Assembly: GCA_045567855.1 (NCBI GenBank)
Contig: JBJLCC010000037.1
Location: 34,625-98,624, forward strand
Origin: Candidatus Poseidoniales archaeon
Lineage (GTDB): Archaea; Thermoplasmatota; Poseidoniia; MGIII; CG-Epi1
Length of the DNA: 64,000 bases
Direction of reading: 5' to 3'
Position 1 is the first letter of the stretch, and each line of letters begins with the position of its first letter. The notes beneath the pieces are model-generated. The model did no database searches, had not been told where the DNA came from, and saw only the letters and a program-made list of their open reading frames with translations. Of this stretch, positions 44,046-54,973 are shown piece by piece. The position numbers and the translations under genes were made by a program.

Positions 44046-45692
44046 ATGTTACCAGGAAATTCACCAGTGGTTATTTTGAAAGAAGGAACTCAAAGAGACA
44101 GTGGAAAAAAAGCCACACATAATAATATTGCAGCTGCTAAAGCTATTGCTGAAGCAGTCCGATCTACACTAGGCCCTAAGGGCATGGACAAAATGCTTGT
44201 TGATTCTATGGGAGATGTGATAATAACTAATGATGGAGTCACTATTTTGAAAGAGGTTGAAGTTCAGCACCCTGCTGCTAAAATGATTGTTGAGATTGCT
44301 AAAACACAAGACTCTGAGTGTGGAGATGGAACAACTACCGCAGTTATTCTTGCAGGTGAACTTTTGAAAAACGCTGAAGAATTGATGGATAAGGGAGTTC
44401 ATCCAACGGCTATTTCTAATGGGTATCGAAGAGCCTCAAATGAATCGTTAGAGCTTCTTGACAAAATTTCCAGAAAAGTTAGCCGTTCCGATGTTAAGAC
44501 ATTGAAATCTATTGCTATAACTTCAATGACTGGTAAGTCCTCTGAAGCTAACGCAGAATTCTTGGCAGATTTAACTGTAAACTCTATTAAGGCTGTCGCA
44601 GAGAAAAAAGAAAAGAATAGTTTTGAGGTGGATAGGTCTAATATTAAAATTCAGAAAAAGCAAGGAGGTTCTATTGCAGATACTGAGCAAGTTTCAGGTA
44701 TAATAATGGACAAAGAGCCAGTTCATACAGATATGCCTAGAAATGTTAAGAAAGCAAAAGTAGCTTTAATTGATGCACCTCTCGAAATTAAAAAGACTGA
44801 AATTGAATCTAAAATTCAAATAAACGATCCTTCTCAGATTCAGGCTTTTTTAGATCAGGAAGAATCTACTATTAAGAAAATGGTTGATACTATTTCAAAA
44901 TCAGGCGCAACTGTTTTGATTTGTCAAAAGGGCATTGACGATCTGGCTCAACATTTCCTTGCTAAAAATAATATCATGGCTATTAGACGTGCTAAGAAAT
45001 CTGATATTGATGCATTGTCTAAGGCTACGGGTGGCAGAGTCATATCTAATATTGATTCAATGAGTAAGAAAGATCTCGGTTTTGCAGGTTTGGTTGAAGT
45101 TAGGAAGATTGGTGATGACGATATGACCTTTGTAACTGATTGTAAAAATCCAAAAGCAGTCAGTATTTTGGTTAGAGCAGGAAGCGAGCACGTAGCTGAT
45201 GAAATTGAGAGAAATCTTGACGATGCAATTGGTGTAGTTTCTTTAGTCTTTAAGGACGGCAAAATTGTGACTGGAGGGGGAGCCGCAGAAATTGAGTTGG
45301 CTTTGAAGTTGAGAAAGTTTGCTCCAAGAGTCGGTGGTCGAGAGCAAATGGCTATCGAAGCTTTTGCCAATGCTATTGAGGTTGTTCCAAGTACCTTGGC
45401 TGAAAATGCAGGATTGGACGTAATTGATACATTAATGGGATTGCGAAAATCACATACAAAAAAAGGGCGTAATCAACATGCTGGTCTGGATGCATACTCA
45501 GGAAAAGTTGTCAATATGCAATCAAGAAACGTTGTTGAACCTTTAAGAGTTAAGACACAAGCTGTAAGCAGCGCTACAGATGTAGCTACAATGATTTTGA
45601 GAATTGATGATGTTATTGCGTCAAAGCAACCTGAAGGTCCTGAACCTGATGGTAGCGATGGCATGGGCGGAATGGGCCCAGGCATGATGTAA
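44046..45692 (+). CDS. ths: thermosome subunit (group II chaperonin)
   Basis: [27 protein letters not shown]-terminal [10 protein letters not shown]. Confidence 0.92.
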   Translation: MLPGNSPVVILKEGTQRDSGKKATHNNIAAAKAIAEAVRSTLGPKGMDKMLVDSMGDVIITNDGVTILKEVEVQHPAAKMIVEIAKTQDSECGDGTTTAVILAGELLKNAEELMDKGVHPTAISNGYRRASNESLELLDKISRKVSRSDVKTLKSIAITSMTGKSSEANAEFLADLTVNSIKAVAEKKEKNSFEVDRSNIKIQKKQGGSIADTEQVSGIIMDKEPVHTDMPRNVKKAKVALIDAPLEIKKTEIESKIQINDPSQIQAFLDQEESTIKKMVDTISKSGATVLICQKGIDDLAQHFLAKNNIMAIRRAKKSDIDALSKATGGRVISNIDSMSKKDLGFAGLVEVRKIGDDDMTFVTDCKNPKAVSILVRAGSEHVADEIERNLDDAIGVVSLVFKDGKIVTGGGAAEIELALKLRKFAPRVGGREQMAIEAFANAIEVVPSTLAENAGLDVIDTLMGLRKSHTKKGRNQHAGLDAYSGKVVNMQSRNVVEPLRVKTQAVSSATDVATMILRIDDVIASKQPEGPEPDGSDGMGGMGPGMM

Positions 45693-45694
45693 AA

Positions 45695-48364
45695 TTAGTT
45701 ACGTGATGGTTCAGGTGCGTCTGGATTCACATTCAGATTTTTCAAAGCTTTTTCAGCTTTGCTTTTACTTATTTTTCCTTCCCGTAGAAGTGAACTTATT
45801 GCAGCGGCAGCAATATATTGATCATCGATTTCAAAATATTTCCTCAAATTTTCTCTAGTATCGCTTCTTCCAAAACCATCAGTTCCAAGTGTTGTATATT
45901 TTCCAGGAATCCAACTTCTTATCATGTCCGGCACTGCTTTCATGTGGTCAGTAGCTGCAACAGTAGTCATTTCCTTGTTGTTCATAATTTTACTTATGTA
46001 AGGTATTTTAGCCTTTTTCATTGGATTTAAATTATTCCATCTTTCACATTCAATTGCTTCTCTTCGGAGACCTCCAAAACTTGTAGCACTCCATACATCA
46101 CAATTTATTCCTAAATCGTTCAATATTTTCTCAGCTTTCAAAACTTGCATCATAATAGGTCCACTTCCTATCAGCCTTACTTGTGCCCTTGAAGAGCCCT
46201 TAAATTTGTATATTCCTTTCAAAACACCTTCTTCACAATTTTTTGGGATAGCTGGCATCTGGTAATTCTCATTGTAGAGTGTTAAATAGTAAAAAATATC
46301 TTCATTATTATCATACATTCTTCTTAGACCTTCTTTAACTATTATTCCAATCTCGTAAGCGAATGCTGCGTCATATGACAGACAGTTGGGAACTGTGGTG
46401 GATGTTAGAAGACTGTGTCCATCTTGATGCTGAAGTCCCTCACCATTTAGCGTCGTCCTTCCTGCCGTAGCTCCCAATAAAAATCCTTTAGCTCTAGAAT
46501 CTGCAGCACACCATATTTGATCACCAACTCTTTGAAATCCAAACATTGAGTAGTAAATGTAGAATGGTATAGTAGGTTTACCTACTGTTGAATAAGCCAT
46601 ACCTGCGGCAGTAAAGCTACTCATTGCACCAGCTTCAGATATTCCTTCTTCCAAAATTTGGCCGCTTTCAGATTCTTTATAGCTCAATAGTAATTCCGAA
46701 TCAACGGGAGTGTAAATTTGGCCTTGTGCATTGTATATTTTGAATTCTGTAAACAAAGCTTCCATTCCAAATGTTCTGGCCTCGTCAGGTACTATTGGAA
46801 CTATCAGGTTCCCAATCTTGTCATCTTTCATAAGGTTTCTAAGTAACCTTACAAATGCCATCGTGGTAGAAACCTCTTGTTCTTTTGGCGTTCCCTTATC
46901 AAATTCAGTAAAAGCGCTATCTTTCGGCATATGAAATCCACTGTATGTACTTTTTCTTGTTGGTAAATATCCGCCTAGTGCGTTCCGCCTATTTCTGAGG
47001 TATTTAATTTCTTCACTGTCAGAAGATGGTTTGTAGTAAGGCATTTCTTCAAGTTCAGAGTCTGTAAATGGTATCTCTAACAAATCTCTAAAATATGCCC
47101 AGTCAGACTTTTCCAGTGATTTCTTTTGATGTGTCATGTTACGCGCTTCAAATCCTTCCCCCAGAGCCCAACCTTTCACGGTTTTAGCCAAAATTACTGA
47201 AGGCTGTCCAATGTGTTTTGTAGCTTCATTATAAGCTGAGTATAGTTTGACTGAATCGTGGCCTCCTCTTCTTAATTTAGTTAGTGCTTTATCGTCTAAA
47301 TGTTTAACTAAGTTTCTTAAGTCTTCCTCTGGCCCAAAGAATTTTTCTCTTATGTAATCTCCAGTAGATGCGGCTAAATTTTGATAATCTCCATCTACAG
47401 TACTTTCCATTTTGCGCAGTAAATGTCCCATGTCATCTTTCTGCAACAGTTCATCCCAGTCTCTACCCCATAGAACTTTAAGTACATTCCAGCCCGAACC
47501 TCTAAAGATTGCCTCAAGCTCTTGAACAATTTTCCCATTTCCCCTTACGGGACCATCTAATCTTTGTAGGTTACAATTGATTACAAAAGTCAAATTATCT
47601 AATTTCTCTCTGTGAGCTAAATGTAACGCATGTAATGTTTCCGGTTCATCACACTCACCATCACCTAAGAAAGCCCATACTCTACTTTTAGAGGTGTCGG
47701 CAATTCCCCTCTCTTGTAAATAGCGGAGAAATCTTGCATGGTAAATAGCATTTGTAGGTCCAAGGCCCATTGAGACCGTAGGAAATTCCCAAAAGTCAGG
47801 CATCAATCTTGGATGAGGATAACTAGATAATCCCTCAGAAAAGGCTTCTCTTCTAAAGTGATTAAGTTGTGCATTTGTTAGTCTTCCCTCTAAAAAAGCT
47901 CTAGAATATATTCCTGGTGATGAATGGCCTTGATAGTAAATGAAATCTCCAATTCCATTTTCTTTTCCCTTAAAAAAGTGGTTAAATCCTACCTCATACA
48001 AACTTGCGGCAGATGCATACGTAGAGATGTGGCCTCCAAGCCCAGCAAAATTTTTATTGGCTTTTGAAACCATCATTGCTGCGTTCCATCTGATAATTCT
48101 TCTTATTTTCTTCTCAATAGCTTCATCACCAGGATATTCTGATTCGGATTCAGGAGGTATAGTATTAACATATGGACTATTTGTTAACAAAGGTATTGAG
48201 ATATTTCTCGTTCTAGCCTCTCTTATTAATGTTTGTAAAAGATATCTTGCTCTTTCCTCACCTTTGAGGTCAATTATTGCGGCAATGGACTCTACCCATT
48301 CTTCAGTTTCCTGTGGGTCTCTATCCGGTAACTGTTGCCGATATCCTTTTTCCATTATTGTCAC
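45695..48364 (-). CDS. aceE: pyruvate dehydrogenase E1 component, homodimeric bacterial type
   Basis: 889 aa; N-terminus DPQETEEWVESIAAI..ERARYLL parallels E. coli AceE; TPP-binding GDG motif. Confidence 0.85.
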   Translation of the reverse strand: MTIMEKGYRQQLPDRDPQETEEWVESIAAIIDLKGEERARYLLQTLIREARTRNISIPLLTNSPYVNTIPPESESEYPGDEAIEKKIRRIIRWNAAMMVSKANKNFAGLGGHISTYASAASLYEVGFNHFFKGKENGIGDFIYYQGHSSPGIYSRAFLEGRLTNAQLNHFRREAFSEGLSSYPHPRLMPDFWEFPTVSMGLGPTNAIYHARFLRYLQERGIADTSKSRVWAFLGDGECDEPETLHALHLAHREKLDNLTFVINCNLQRLDGPVRGNGKIVQELEAIFRGSGWNVLKVLWGRDWDELLQKDDMGHLLRKMESTVDGDYQNLAASTGDYIREKFFGPEEDLRNLVKHLDDKALTKLRRGGHDSVKLYSAYNEATKHIGQPSVILAKTVKGWALGEGFEARNMTHQKKSLEKSDWAYFRDLLEIPFTDSELEEMPYYKPSSDSEEIKYLRNRRNALGGYLPTRKSTYSGFHMPKDSAFTEFDKGTPKEQEVSTTMAFVRLLRNLMKDDKIGNLIVPIVPDEARTFGMEALFTEFKIYNAQGQIYTPVDSELLLSYKESESGQILEEGISEAGAMSSFTAAGMAYSTVGKPTIPFYIYYSMFGFQRVGDQIWCAADSRAKGFLLGATAGRTTLNGEGLQHQDGHSLLTSTTVPNCLSYDAAFAYEIGIIVKEGLRRMYDNNEDIFYYLTLYNENYQMPAIPKNCEEGVLKGIYKFKGSSRAQVRLIGSGPIMMQVLKAEKILNDLGINCDVWSATSFGGLRREAIECERWNNLNPMKKAKIPYISKIMNNKEMTTVAATDHMKAVPDMIRSWIPGKYTTLGTDGFGRSDTRENLRKYFEIDDQYIAAAAISSLLREGKISKSKAEKALKNLNVNPDAPEPSRN

Positions 48365-49440
48365 TCCTGCAGCATGTTTGTATTGATGTGTTTATTTAAC
48401 TCTTTTTTATCTCTTCCATTTATATTTTGAACATAGGACAGCAATAGTGGAAAATAAACAGAAGCTTCTCCCCAAATCATTACTTCATCCATTTGGCTGT
48501 CATTTTTGCCCCATGATATTGCCTCTTTTAGTGTAGATCCAGACAAACCTCCATCTCTGGAATCTGCAGTACTTATTTGAATTCCAAACTTGTGCTTCCT
48601 AACATTAAAACCAAGCATTTCAGCCATTACAACAGAGTCCTGTGAATAATTTTTAGGTACCCCTCCCCCAACTATAATCAATCCCGAATTTCCAGAAACT
48701 TTTTTCATCATTGCAATCTCTCTCAAATCTTTAATCGAATCAATACTCATACTGTCTTCCTTTTCAACTTGATTCATTGCAAGGCCAATTCCTATCGAGC
48801 AATCATTTAAAGCTGGAATAAATATTGGAACATTCATCTCATATGCCGCTTGCATTACACTGTCTTGTGACTCTTTAGCTTCAGACAACCATTGACCACA
48901 AACATTCATAAATTCTCTACTTGAATAGTTTCCGGGTTGCATTTCTTTTGCAATTTTCTTATAAGTTAAATCTACGTGCTGTAGCTCTAGTTCATCGAGA
49001 ACATGGTCGTATACTCTGTCAATCATTAGATTTTGTAGTGTTTTGTCTTCAACTTCTTCATTTAGAACATAATGTTTGTATCCTAGTGCTTCAAGCATAT
49101 CTTGCTCAAACAAAGCTCCGGTGCAAACTAAGCAATCTACTAAATTATTCCTTACCGAATCAATCACTAGTTGCCGCAATCCAGCACTAAATAGGCTTCC
49201 AGCTAGAGACCATATTATGGTTGTTTTTGTTTCAAGTTCTGTTTTGTAAAGTTTTGCTCCAGTTCCTATTTGGCGTGCTTGAAAACTACTTTTGCTAAAA
49301 GCTTCTATCAATTGCGAAGAATATTTTAAATCGTCGAAAGTAATGTGCTCTACTTCTTTACTTAGTATCCTATTCCTTCGTGATATTTGCTTACTTGTGA
49401 ATTGGTAATTTGGCTTCTCAGGAAAAACGTTCTTTGTCAT
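48361..49440 (-). CDS. dys: deoxyhypusine synthase
   Basis: LIIVGGGVPKNY (NAD/spermidine site), 359 aa; ATGA overlap with aceE. Confidence 0.8.
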   Translation of the reverse strand: MTKNVFPEKPNYQFTSKQISRRNRILSKEVEHITFDDLKYSSQLIEAFSKSSFQARQIGTGAKLYKTELETKTTIIWSLAGSLFSAGLRQLVIDSVRNNLVDCLVCTGALFEQDMLEALGYKHYVLNEEVEDKTLQNLMIDRVYDHVLDELELQHVDLTYKKIAKEMQPGNYSSREFMNVCGQWLSEAKESQDSVMQAAYEMNVPIFIPALNDCSIGIGLAMNQVEKEDSMSIDSIKDLREIAMMKKVSGNSGLIIVGGGVPKNYSQDSVVMAEMLGFNVRKHKFGIQISTADSRDGGLSGSTLKEAISWGKNDSQMDEVMIWGEASVYFPLLLSYVQNINGRDKKELNKHINTNMLQE

Positions 49441-49441
49441 A

Positions 49442-49798
49442 TTAATTCTCCATTACCATTAGTTTATTCTTTTCTCTAATCCTAATTGCATTAATCCCTT
49501 TTGCTTTTAGGCTTAGTAAAATCTCTTTATCATTTGTGGCAATTAAGTATCCTTTTTCTGCAGATTTTACTAGCAAATCATCAGCGTATCCTGTCCCTAT
49601 GTCTATTGTCTTCATTTTTGAGCAAAAGGCTAATGCAGCTGTACTCTTTTTAATCTTCATTTTTTTTAATTCATCAAGGACACATGTTGCTATTCTTATT
49701 TCATGGTTTGGAGCAACGAGAGCAATTGCCTCTCTAAAGTCGACGCCTCCACTAAATGTCCATAAAATTATGTTTGTATCTGGTAAAACTATATTCAT
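49442..49798 (-). CDS. PIN-domain protein (predicted RNase)
   Basis: VLPDTNIIL (Asp1), LDEL (Glu), ATND acidic residues; start overlaps the aIF2-gamma stop (TAATG). Confidence 0.65.
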   Translation of the reverse strand: MNIVLPDTNIILWTFSGGVDFREAIALVAPNHEIRIATCVLDELKKMKIKKSTAALAFCSKMKTIDIGTGYADDLLVKSAEKGYLIATNDKEILLSLKAKGINAIRIREKNKLMVMEN

Positions 49799-51015
49799 TA
49801 TTCAATAATACCATAGCCTATTAGGTGCCATTTACCGTCAGCTCTTCTGCTTAGGGCAATTCTTTGGCCAACAGGTGCACAAACAGGTATTGTTAGTTTG
49901 ATATCTACTATATTATCCTTTACTGTAACAGGGACTCCAACAGTAGTGCGAGTGCCTACGGTAATCATCAGTGGTTCTTTTGTTTTTATTTCATCCATGT
50001 CCTTGACTTTTTTAGTTCCGACAACTCTCTCTAACAAGGTAGTTTTGACATTGAATCTTTCCCAAACAGGAGGTAAAGTTCCAGGCTTACCTATAACATT
50101 GCCAAGTAGTGAATCTGATTTAGTAATCGAGGGGTCAAGGCTGGTTCCGATAGCTACGAGTCCACCGGGTTTGATTTCTTTCCTTGAAGTACCGCTGTGC
50201 AGTGTGGTGATTTTAGTTTTTATGGGTTGCAATCCTTTTTTGGTATTTCTTCCAGGTCTTATTTCTATACTATCTCCTATCTTAATCTTACCTTTTTTAA
50301 TTGTTCCTCCTAAAATCCCACCTTTAATATTTTTAGGGATTGTTCCAGGTTTATTAATATCAAATGAACGTGCAATATCCATTTGAAAGTCTTCGTTTGC
50401 ATTTTTCTCGGGTGTTGGGAACAAATTTTCGATTACTTCAATAAGTAAATCAATATTTTTGTTATGATGTGCAGATACAGGAACTATAGGCGCATCCTGA
50501 AGGCGTGATCCTTCAAGAAAATTCTTAATTTCTTTGTATGATTCAAGGGCCCTTTCTCTTGTGCAAATATCGATTTTACTCTGAACTACTATAAATTTAT
50601 CAAAGCCCATAATCTCTAAGGCAGATAAGTGCTCGCGAGTCTGTGGTTGCGGACATGTTTCATTTGCAGCAATAATCAAGATTGCAGCATCCATTATCGC
50701 AGCTCCGCTAAGCATTACTGCCATCAGGGTTTCATGGCCCGGTGCATCAACGAAACTTACAGTTCTTAGATGCTCATTCTTAGAATCACTGTAGTTTTTT
50801 AGATTCGGCTCAGATGTGAAAGTAGTAATTTTTTTACTAGTTACTTTGTAAAAATCAGCATCAGCGTATCCTAATTTAATAGATATTCCTCTTTTAAGTT
50901 CTTCACTATGTTGGTCAGTCCATTTTCCAGTCAGTGCTTGGGTTAGTGTTGTCTTACCGTGATCTACATGCCCTACCATTCCGATATTAATTTCGGCTTG
51001 GGGGGCAGCACTCAA
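49798..51015 (-). CDS. eif2g: translation initiation factor 2 subunit gamma
   Basis: GHVDHGKTTL, Zn-knuckle region, 405 aa. Confidence 0.92.
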   Translation of the reverse strand: MSAAPQAEINIGMVGHVDHGKTTLTQALTGKWTDQHSEELKRGISIKLGYADADFYKVTSKKITTFTSEPNLKNYSDSKNEHLRTVSFVDAPGHETLMAVMLSGAAIMDAAILIIAANETCPQPQTREHLSALEIMGFDKFIVVQSKIDICTRERALESYKEIKNFLEGSRLQDAPIVPVSAHHNKNIDLLIEVIENLFPTPEKNANEDFQMDIARSFDINKPGTIPKNIKGGILGGTIKKGKIKIGDSIEIRPGRNTKKGLQPIKTKITTLHSGTSRKEIKPGGLVAIGTSLDPSITKSDSLLGNVIGKPGTLPPVWERFNVKTTLLERVVGTKKVKDMDEIKTKEPLMITVGTRTTVGVPVTVKDNIVDIKLTIPVCAPVGQRIALSRRADGKWHLIGYGIIE

Positions 51016-51016
51016 T

Positions 51017-51406
51017 TTAAGCCTCCTCGGGCTTTAGTAACTCCTCTATAGATTTAGGACCATATTCAATAACCTTAAGATTAATCTGTGAAACTTCACT
51101 GCTCAGATTTCTTCCTCTGATTAACTTTCGGCGACGTTGTCCGTCTTTAGATGGATTAAATCCTACGGATTTAGTCATTAGAATTTTCCTTCTCTGGTTT
51201 CCACCTATATCTCCTCTAAGTGGGACGCCGGAATTATCTGATCCTCCGGTTATTTTTAGACGATAACCTGGTAGATCCAAGAATATTCCATCAATTTCTT
51301 CACCAACAGCTTTTCCAACAAGAGCGTTGGATTTATCTTCGGCAAGGACTTTTTGATAAGCTTTCTTTTCTTTCGGGTCGGCTATTACTGTTTTGAATTC
51401 TGCCAT
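51017..51406 (-). CDS. rps6e: 30S ribosomal protein S6e
   Basis: GGSDNSGVPLRGDIGGNQRRKILM. Confidence 0.85.
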   Translation of the reverse strand: MAEFKTVIADPKEKKAYQKVLAEDKSNALVGKAVGEEIDGIFLDLPGYRLKITGGSDNSGVPLRGDIGGNQRRKILMTKSVGFNPSKDGQRRRKLIRGRNLSSEVSQINLKVIEYGPKSIEELLKPEEA

Positions 51407-51496
51407 TTAACTCCTCAGTAGATTGACGCACAAACGCTAATATTTAAAGAATCGTCTCGAAGTAACATTAATATACTAACCAACTGCATACAATTA

Positions 51497-52594
51497 ATGA
51501 GTCTACTCGTTATTGCAATAGATAGAGACAATGATTTGGGTAGAAAAACGGGTATCCGGAGCCCAGTCTTAGGACGTGAAGCTAACATCCGGGCTAGTTT
51601 GGAGTTAGGTCTTTCAGATCCAGAAGAAAGCGACACTAATACGATGCTTGCAGCCATAAAAACATATGATCAATTATTGGAAAAGGGAAAGAAAGTTGAG
51701 GTTGTTACAATATGTGGCGACGTCAGAGTTGGAACTAAATCAGATATGAAAATAGCCAATACACTGGATCAAGTTATCTCGAAAACTGGAGCAACAAGAG
51801 CAATACTTGTTAGTGATGGGGCTGAAGACAGAGAATTGGAGCCAATTATTCGTTCAAGATTGAGAATAGATTCGACAAGGATGGTTGTTGTTCAGCAATC
51901 CAGACCGATTGAAGATACACTTTACACCATAATTCACAAGATGGAAGATCCAAAAATCCAGCGTCAGTTTATTCTTCCTATGGCCTTGATTGCATTAGCT
52001 TGGGGATTGGCAAGTCTTTTGGGCTCATCAGAGATAGCTTCCGGGGCAATATGGGTAATACTTGGTGGTTATTTGTTGGTCAAAGTTGCAGGTTGGGAAG
52101 AAGCTATAAAGAAATTTTATACTGACTTGTTGACGGTTACAAGTGAACGAGTCCCCCTCTATTCTTACGCTTGGTTAATTGCAGCTTTAATGATGATTGT
52201 CGGGCTCACACAGGGTCTTGATCAGATGCAGGAATCTGCTAATTCAGGTGGTGGAATCTTAGGTATGGTTTTGGCCTTTCTTTCCTTGGATGGCATTCTT
52301 TTATTATTTTTATTTGCCTTAGTGATTATTGAAGTCGCACGAACAATTGACACCTATTTGAGAGATGGCATTTTCAATATTAATATTGTGAGATTCATTT
52401 TCACCGTAGCAAGTATGGGTCTTATTTTGGCTGGTATCGTTGAGATTGTTGATGACATTTTTGTTAAAGACAATTTCAATTCTGAAAATGTAACATATAT
52501 TCTTACAGGTATAATATTACAATTCATAGGTTTGTTAGTACACGATAGTATCCGCGGCAGGGTAGATGATAATTCTTCAGCTACTGAAGAATAG
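51497..52594 (+). CDS. conserved archaeal membrane protein (DUF373-like)
   Basis: N-terminal soluble domain MSLLVIAIDRDNDLGRKTGI, C-terminal 5-6 TM. Confidence 0.5.
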   Translation: MSLLVIAIDRDNDLGRKTGIRSPVLGREANIRASLELGLSDPEESDTNTMLAAIKTYDQLLEKGKKVEVVTICGDVRVGTKSDMKIANTLDQVISKTGATRAILVSDGAEDRELEPIIRSRLRIDSTRMVVVQQSRPIEDTLYTIIHKMEDPKIQRQFILPMALIALAWGLASLLGSSEIASGAIWVILGGYLLVKVAGWEEAIKKFYTDLLTVTSERVPLYSYAWLIAALMMIVGLTQGLDQMQESANSGGGILGMVLAFLSLDGILLLFLFALVIIEVARTIDTYLRDGIFNINIVRFIFTVASMGLILAGIVEIVDDIFVKDNFNSENVTYILTGIILQFIGLLVHDSIRGRVDDNSSATEE

Positions 52595-52596
52595 TT

Positions 52597-53112
52597 ATGC
52601 CAAATTACGAAGTATTGAGAATAGGACATAGACCGGAAAGAGATAAGAGAATAACAACGCATGTAGCTTTGACTGCAAGAGCTTTTGGTGCATCAAAGAT
52701 ATATCTTTCAAATCCAGATAGTCGAGTGGTTAGTTCAGTTGAAGAAGTAGTCAAAAAATTTGGAGGAAATTTCTCTATTGTTCCAATCTCTAATCCAAAA
52801 GGTCTTGTTAAGTCTTCTACCTCTCAGATAATTCATTTAACTATGTTTGGTTTACCAATTGATGAAAAAATAAAGGAAATTGGTAACAATGATAAAGATG
52901 TGCTATTCATTGTAGGAGCTGAAAAGGTTCCTGCATGGGTTTTTGAGTATTCAGACTATAATATTTCCATTGGCAATCAGCCCCATTCAGAAGTAGCAGC
53001 CCTAGCAATTGCAATTAATAGCTTAACCTCCGGATCATACAATAAAGAATTTAAGGGTAAACTTTCAGTTGTTCCTTCTGCCACACATAGAGAAATGAAA
53101 GGATCGGGTTAA
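52597..53112 (+). CDS. trm56: tRNA (cytidine56-2'-O)-methyltransferase aTrm56 (SPOUT)
   Basis: VLRIGHRPERDKRITTHVALTARAFGA. Confidence 0.8.
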   Translation: MPNYEVLRIGHRPERDKRITTHVALTARAFGASKIYLSNPDSRVVSSVEEVVKKFGGNFSIVPISNPKGLVKSSTSQIIHLTMFGLPIDEKIKEIGNNDKDVLFIVGAEKVPAWVFEYSDYNISIGNQPHSEVAALAIAINSLTSGSYNKEFKGKLSVVPSATHREMKGSG

Positions 53113-53507
53113 GGTTCGGCTTCTCCTGATTTTAACATAGTTATATCAATAAAAGACATTTTTATTTTTCCCTTACGATCTTTACGAGGAACCTCTTCAG
53201 TCCCGATTTCGACGTTGTGAACGTGGACTTCAACTTCTTGTTTGAAACGGTTTTTAAATTGCTCGGCTACGTTAACTGCATTCGAAATTGATTTTCCTCT
53301 AGCTTTTAGGTGAACACTTTCGATTTCATCTCTACTAAAATATGACAGCATGTCTGGGAAATAGAGGAAAGGATCATCATGGCCTACAAAAATAGTTCCC
53401 GAATTTCCGTCTAGCTTTTTATTTATTCTAAATCTTCTTTTCGGCTTTGAACTCTTATTTCCTTTTTTCATCTTTATATTATTGTTATTATCTTTCTTTT
53501 CAGCCAT
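53109..53507 (-). CDS. alba: Alba-family DNA/RNA-binding protein with Lys-rich N-terminal extension
   Basis: LKARGKSISNAVNVAEQFKNRF..VHVHNVEIGTEEV..MSFIDITML matches the Alba core; ~35-aa KK-rich extension. Confidence 0.6.
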   Translation of the reverse strand: MAEKKDNNNNIKMKKGNKSSKPKRRFRINKKLDGNSGTIFVGHDDPFLYFPDMLSYFSRDEIESVHLKARGKSISNAVNVAEQFKNRFKQEVEVHVHNVEIGTEEVPRKDRKGKIKMSFIDITMLKSGEAEP

Positions 53508-53536
53508 ATAATAATATTTGATGTATCTATATATTG

Positions 53537-54973
53537 CTAATCAAAACTCTCTGCAATCCATTTTGACTCTATTTTTTTATAAAATGCAAGGCTCAGTAGT
53601 GATAAAATTCCGCAGATAAGAGATAGTGCCACAAGGATGGTGGAGGGTCTATGATTAATTGCTAAGCTTAGTATTGTCATTGCAATCATAGGTGGAACAG
53701 ATACCAGGAAGAATTTGATGAAAACAAAAGCATCAAAAAGAGCAGAATTAGTTTTTAATCCAGTAGACATAGCTGTGTAATTTACTATGTAAATTCCAAC
53801 AGTTATCATTACTATCAATCCGATTGGAAGCAAACTTAATTCATTACTCATGTAGGAAATAAGTGTCATAAAAATTAGTGGAATCCACCAAGTGATAGTT
53901 CCAAATAAAAATAGCCTTGCTCTTATTATATCGGAGACTGTTATTGGCAGAGTTGAATAAAACTGTGGAGTATCAATTGAATTTAACCAAGAATAAAGCA
54001 TTGTGCCAAAAAACCCTATCATTACTCCATAAAATATGGTATTAAAATCAATCTGTATCGGCAATCCTCTATCCAAAAACCAGTTCATGAATGTCAGGAA
54101 TCCAAGAGGAAATAGGAATGAAAAAAACATTTTTGTTCCAGTTTTACTTCTTTCCAAATCTATTCTTTCCTTTGCAATAATTCCAGGTATGCCTATTTCT
54201 TTTGCCCAATTATATTTTTGAGTGTATTCTTTGAATCTATTCTTGTATCCTATTATGCTTATGCTGGTAGTATTTTTGTATTCTTTAATATTCATGGTAG
54301 CAACTAGTGATAAAATAATGGGAATTGCTGCACCTAAGAGTAATAGATTTATTTGCCGATTCAAATACCATTCCAGACTTCCTGTTATTTCATAATTGTA
54401 GAATATTACGGAGTAGCTGATGATGAAGATTATGGCAGATGAAATGCCTTGTATTAGCGAAATTCTGTAAAAACTCGATATATAATAGGAGAAAGATATT
54501 CCTGTACAAAATGAAAAATATAAAGTAAGGCTAAATGCCAATAGATTTGTTAGACTTATATCTGTGTAAATAGTCCCAATAATTGCACCTACCAAAGCAG
54601 GTAACATTGTAAATAAGGTATAAAATATAATTTCCTTGCAAAAATATAATAAAGTAATTTTTTTTTGGGTTATAGGCTGTGTAGTTGAGAGCCCCAGTAT
54701 TAATCCGAAGTATCCAAATATTCTTTCAAGAAATTCGTTTCCAAAGAAAGCTAGAGAGCCTGCAAAAAGGCCATAAAAGATTGCTGAAATATGCAGTATT
54801 TGTAAATAATCACGATATCCCATATCTTCTATCATCACGTCTGAAAATAATATAGCTAATAATCCAGAAATCATTACTAATATTGGAAAAGAAAAGAATC
54901 CTTTGCCACTAGCAAAACTAGTGTTTAGGCGAATTTCCTCTTGAAGCATTCTCATCAAAATTAGTCTATTCAT
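53537..54973 (-). CDS. ABC-2 type exporter permease (multi-TM)
   Basis: 478 aa, many TM helices; start overlaps the ATPase stop. Confidence 0.6.
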   Translation of the reverse strand: MNRLILMRMLQEEIRLNTSFASGKGFFSFPILVMISGLLAILFSDVMIEDMGYRDYLQILHISAIFYGLFAGSLAFFGNEFLERIFGYFGLILGLSTTQPITQKKITLLYFCKEIIFYTLFTMLPALVGAIIGTIYTDISLTNLLAFSLTLYFSFCTGISFSYYISSFYRISLIQGISSAIIFIISYSVIFYNYEITGSLEWYLNRQINLLLLGAAIPIILSLVATMNIKEYKNTTSISIIGYKNRFKEYTQKYNWAKEIGIPGIIAKERIDLERSKTGTKMFFSFLFPLGFLTFMNWFLDRGLPIQIDFNTIFYGVMIGFFGTMLYSWLNSIDTPQFYSTLPITVSDIIRARLFLFGTITWWIPLIFMTLISYMSNELSLLPIGLIVMITVGIYIVNYTAMSTGLKTNSALFDAFVFIKFFLVSVPPMIAMTILSLAINHRPSTILVALSLICGILSLLSLAFYKKIESKWIAESFD

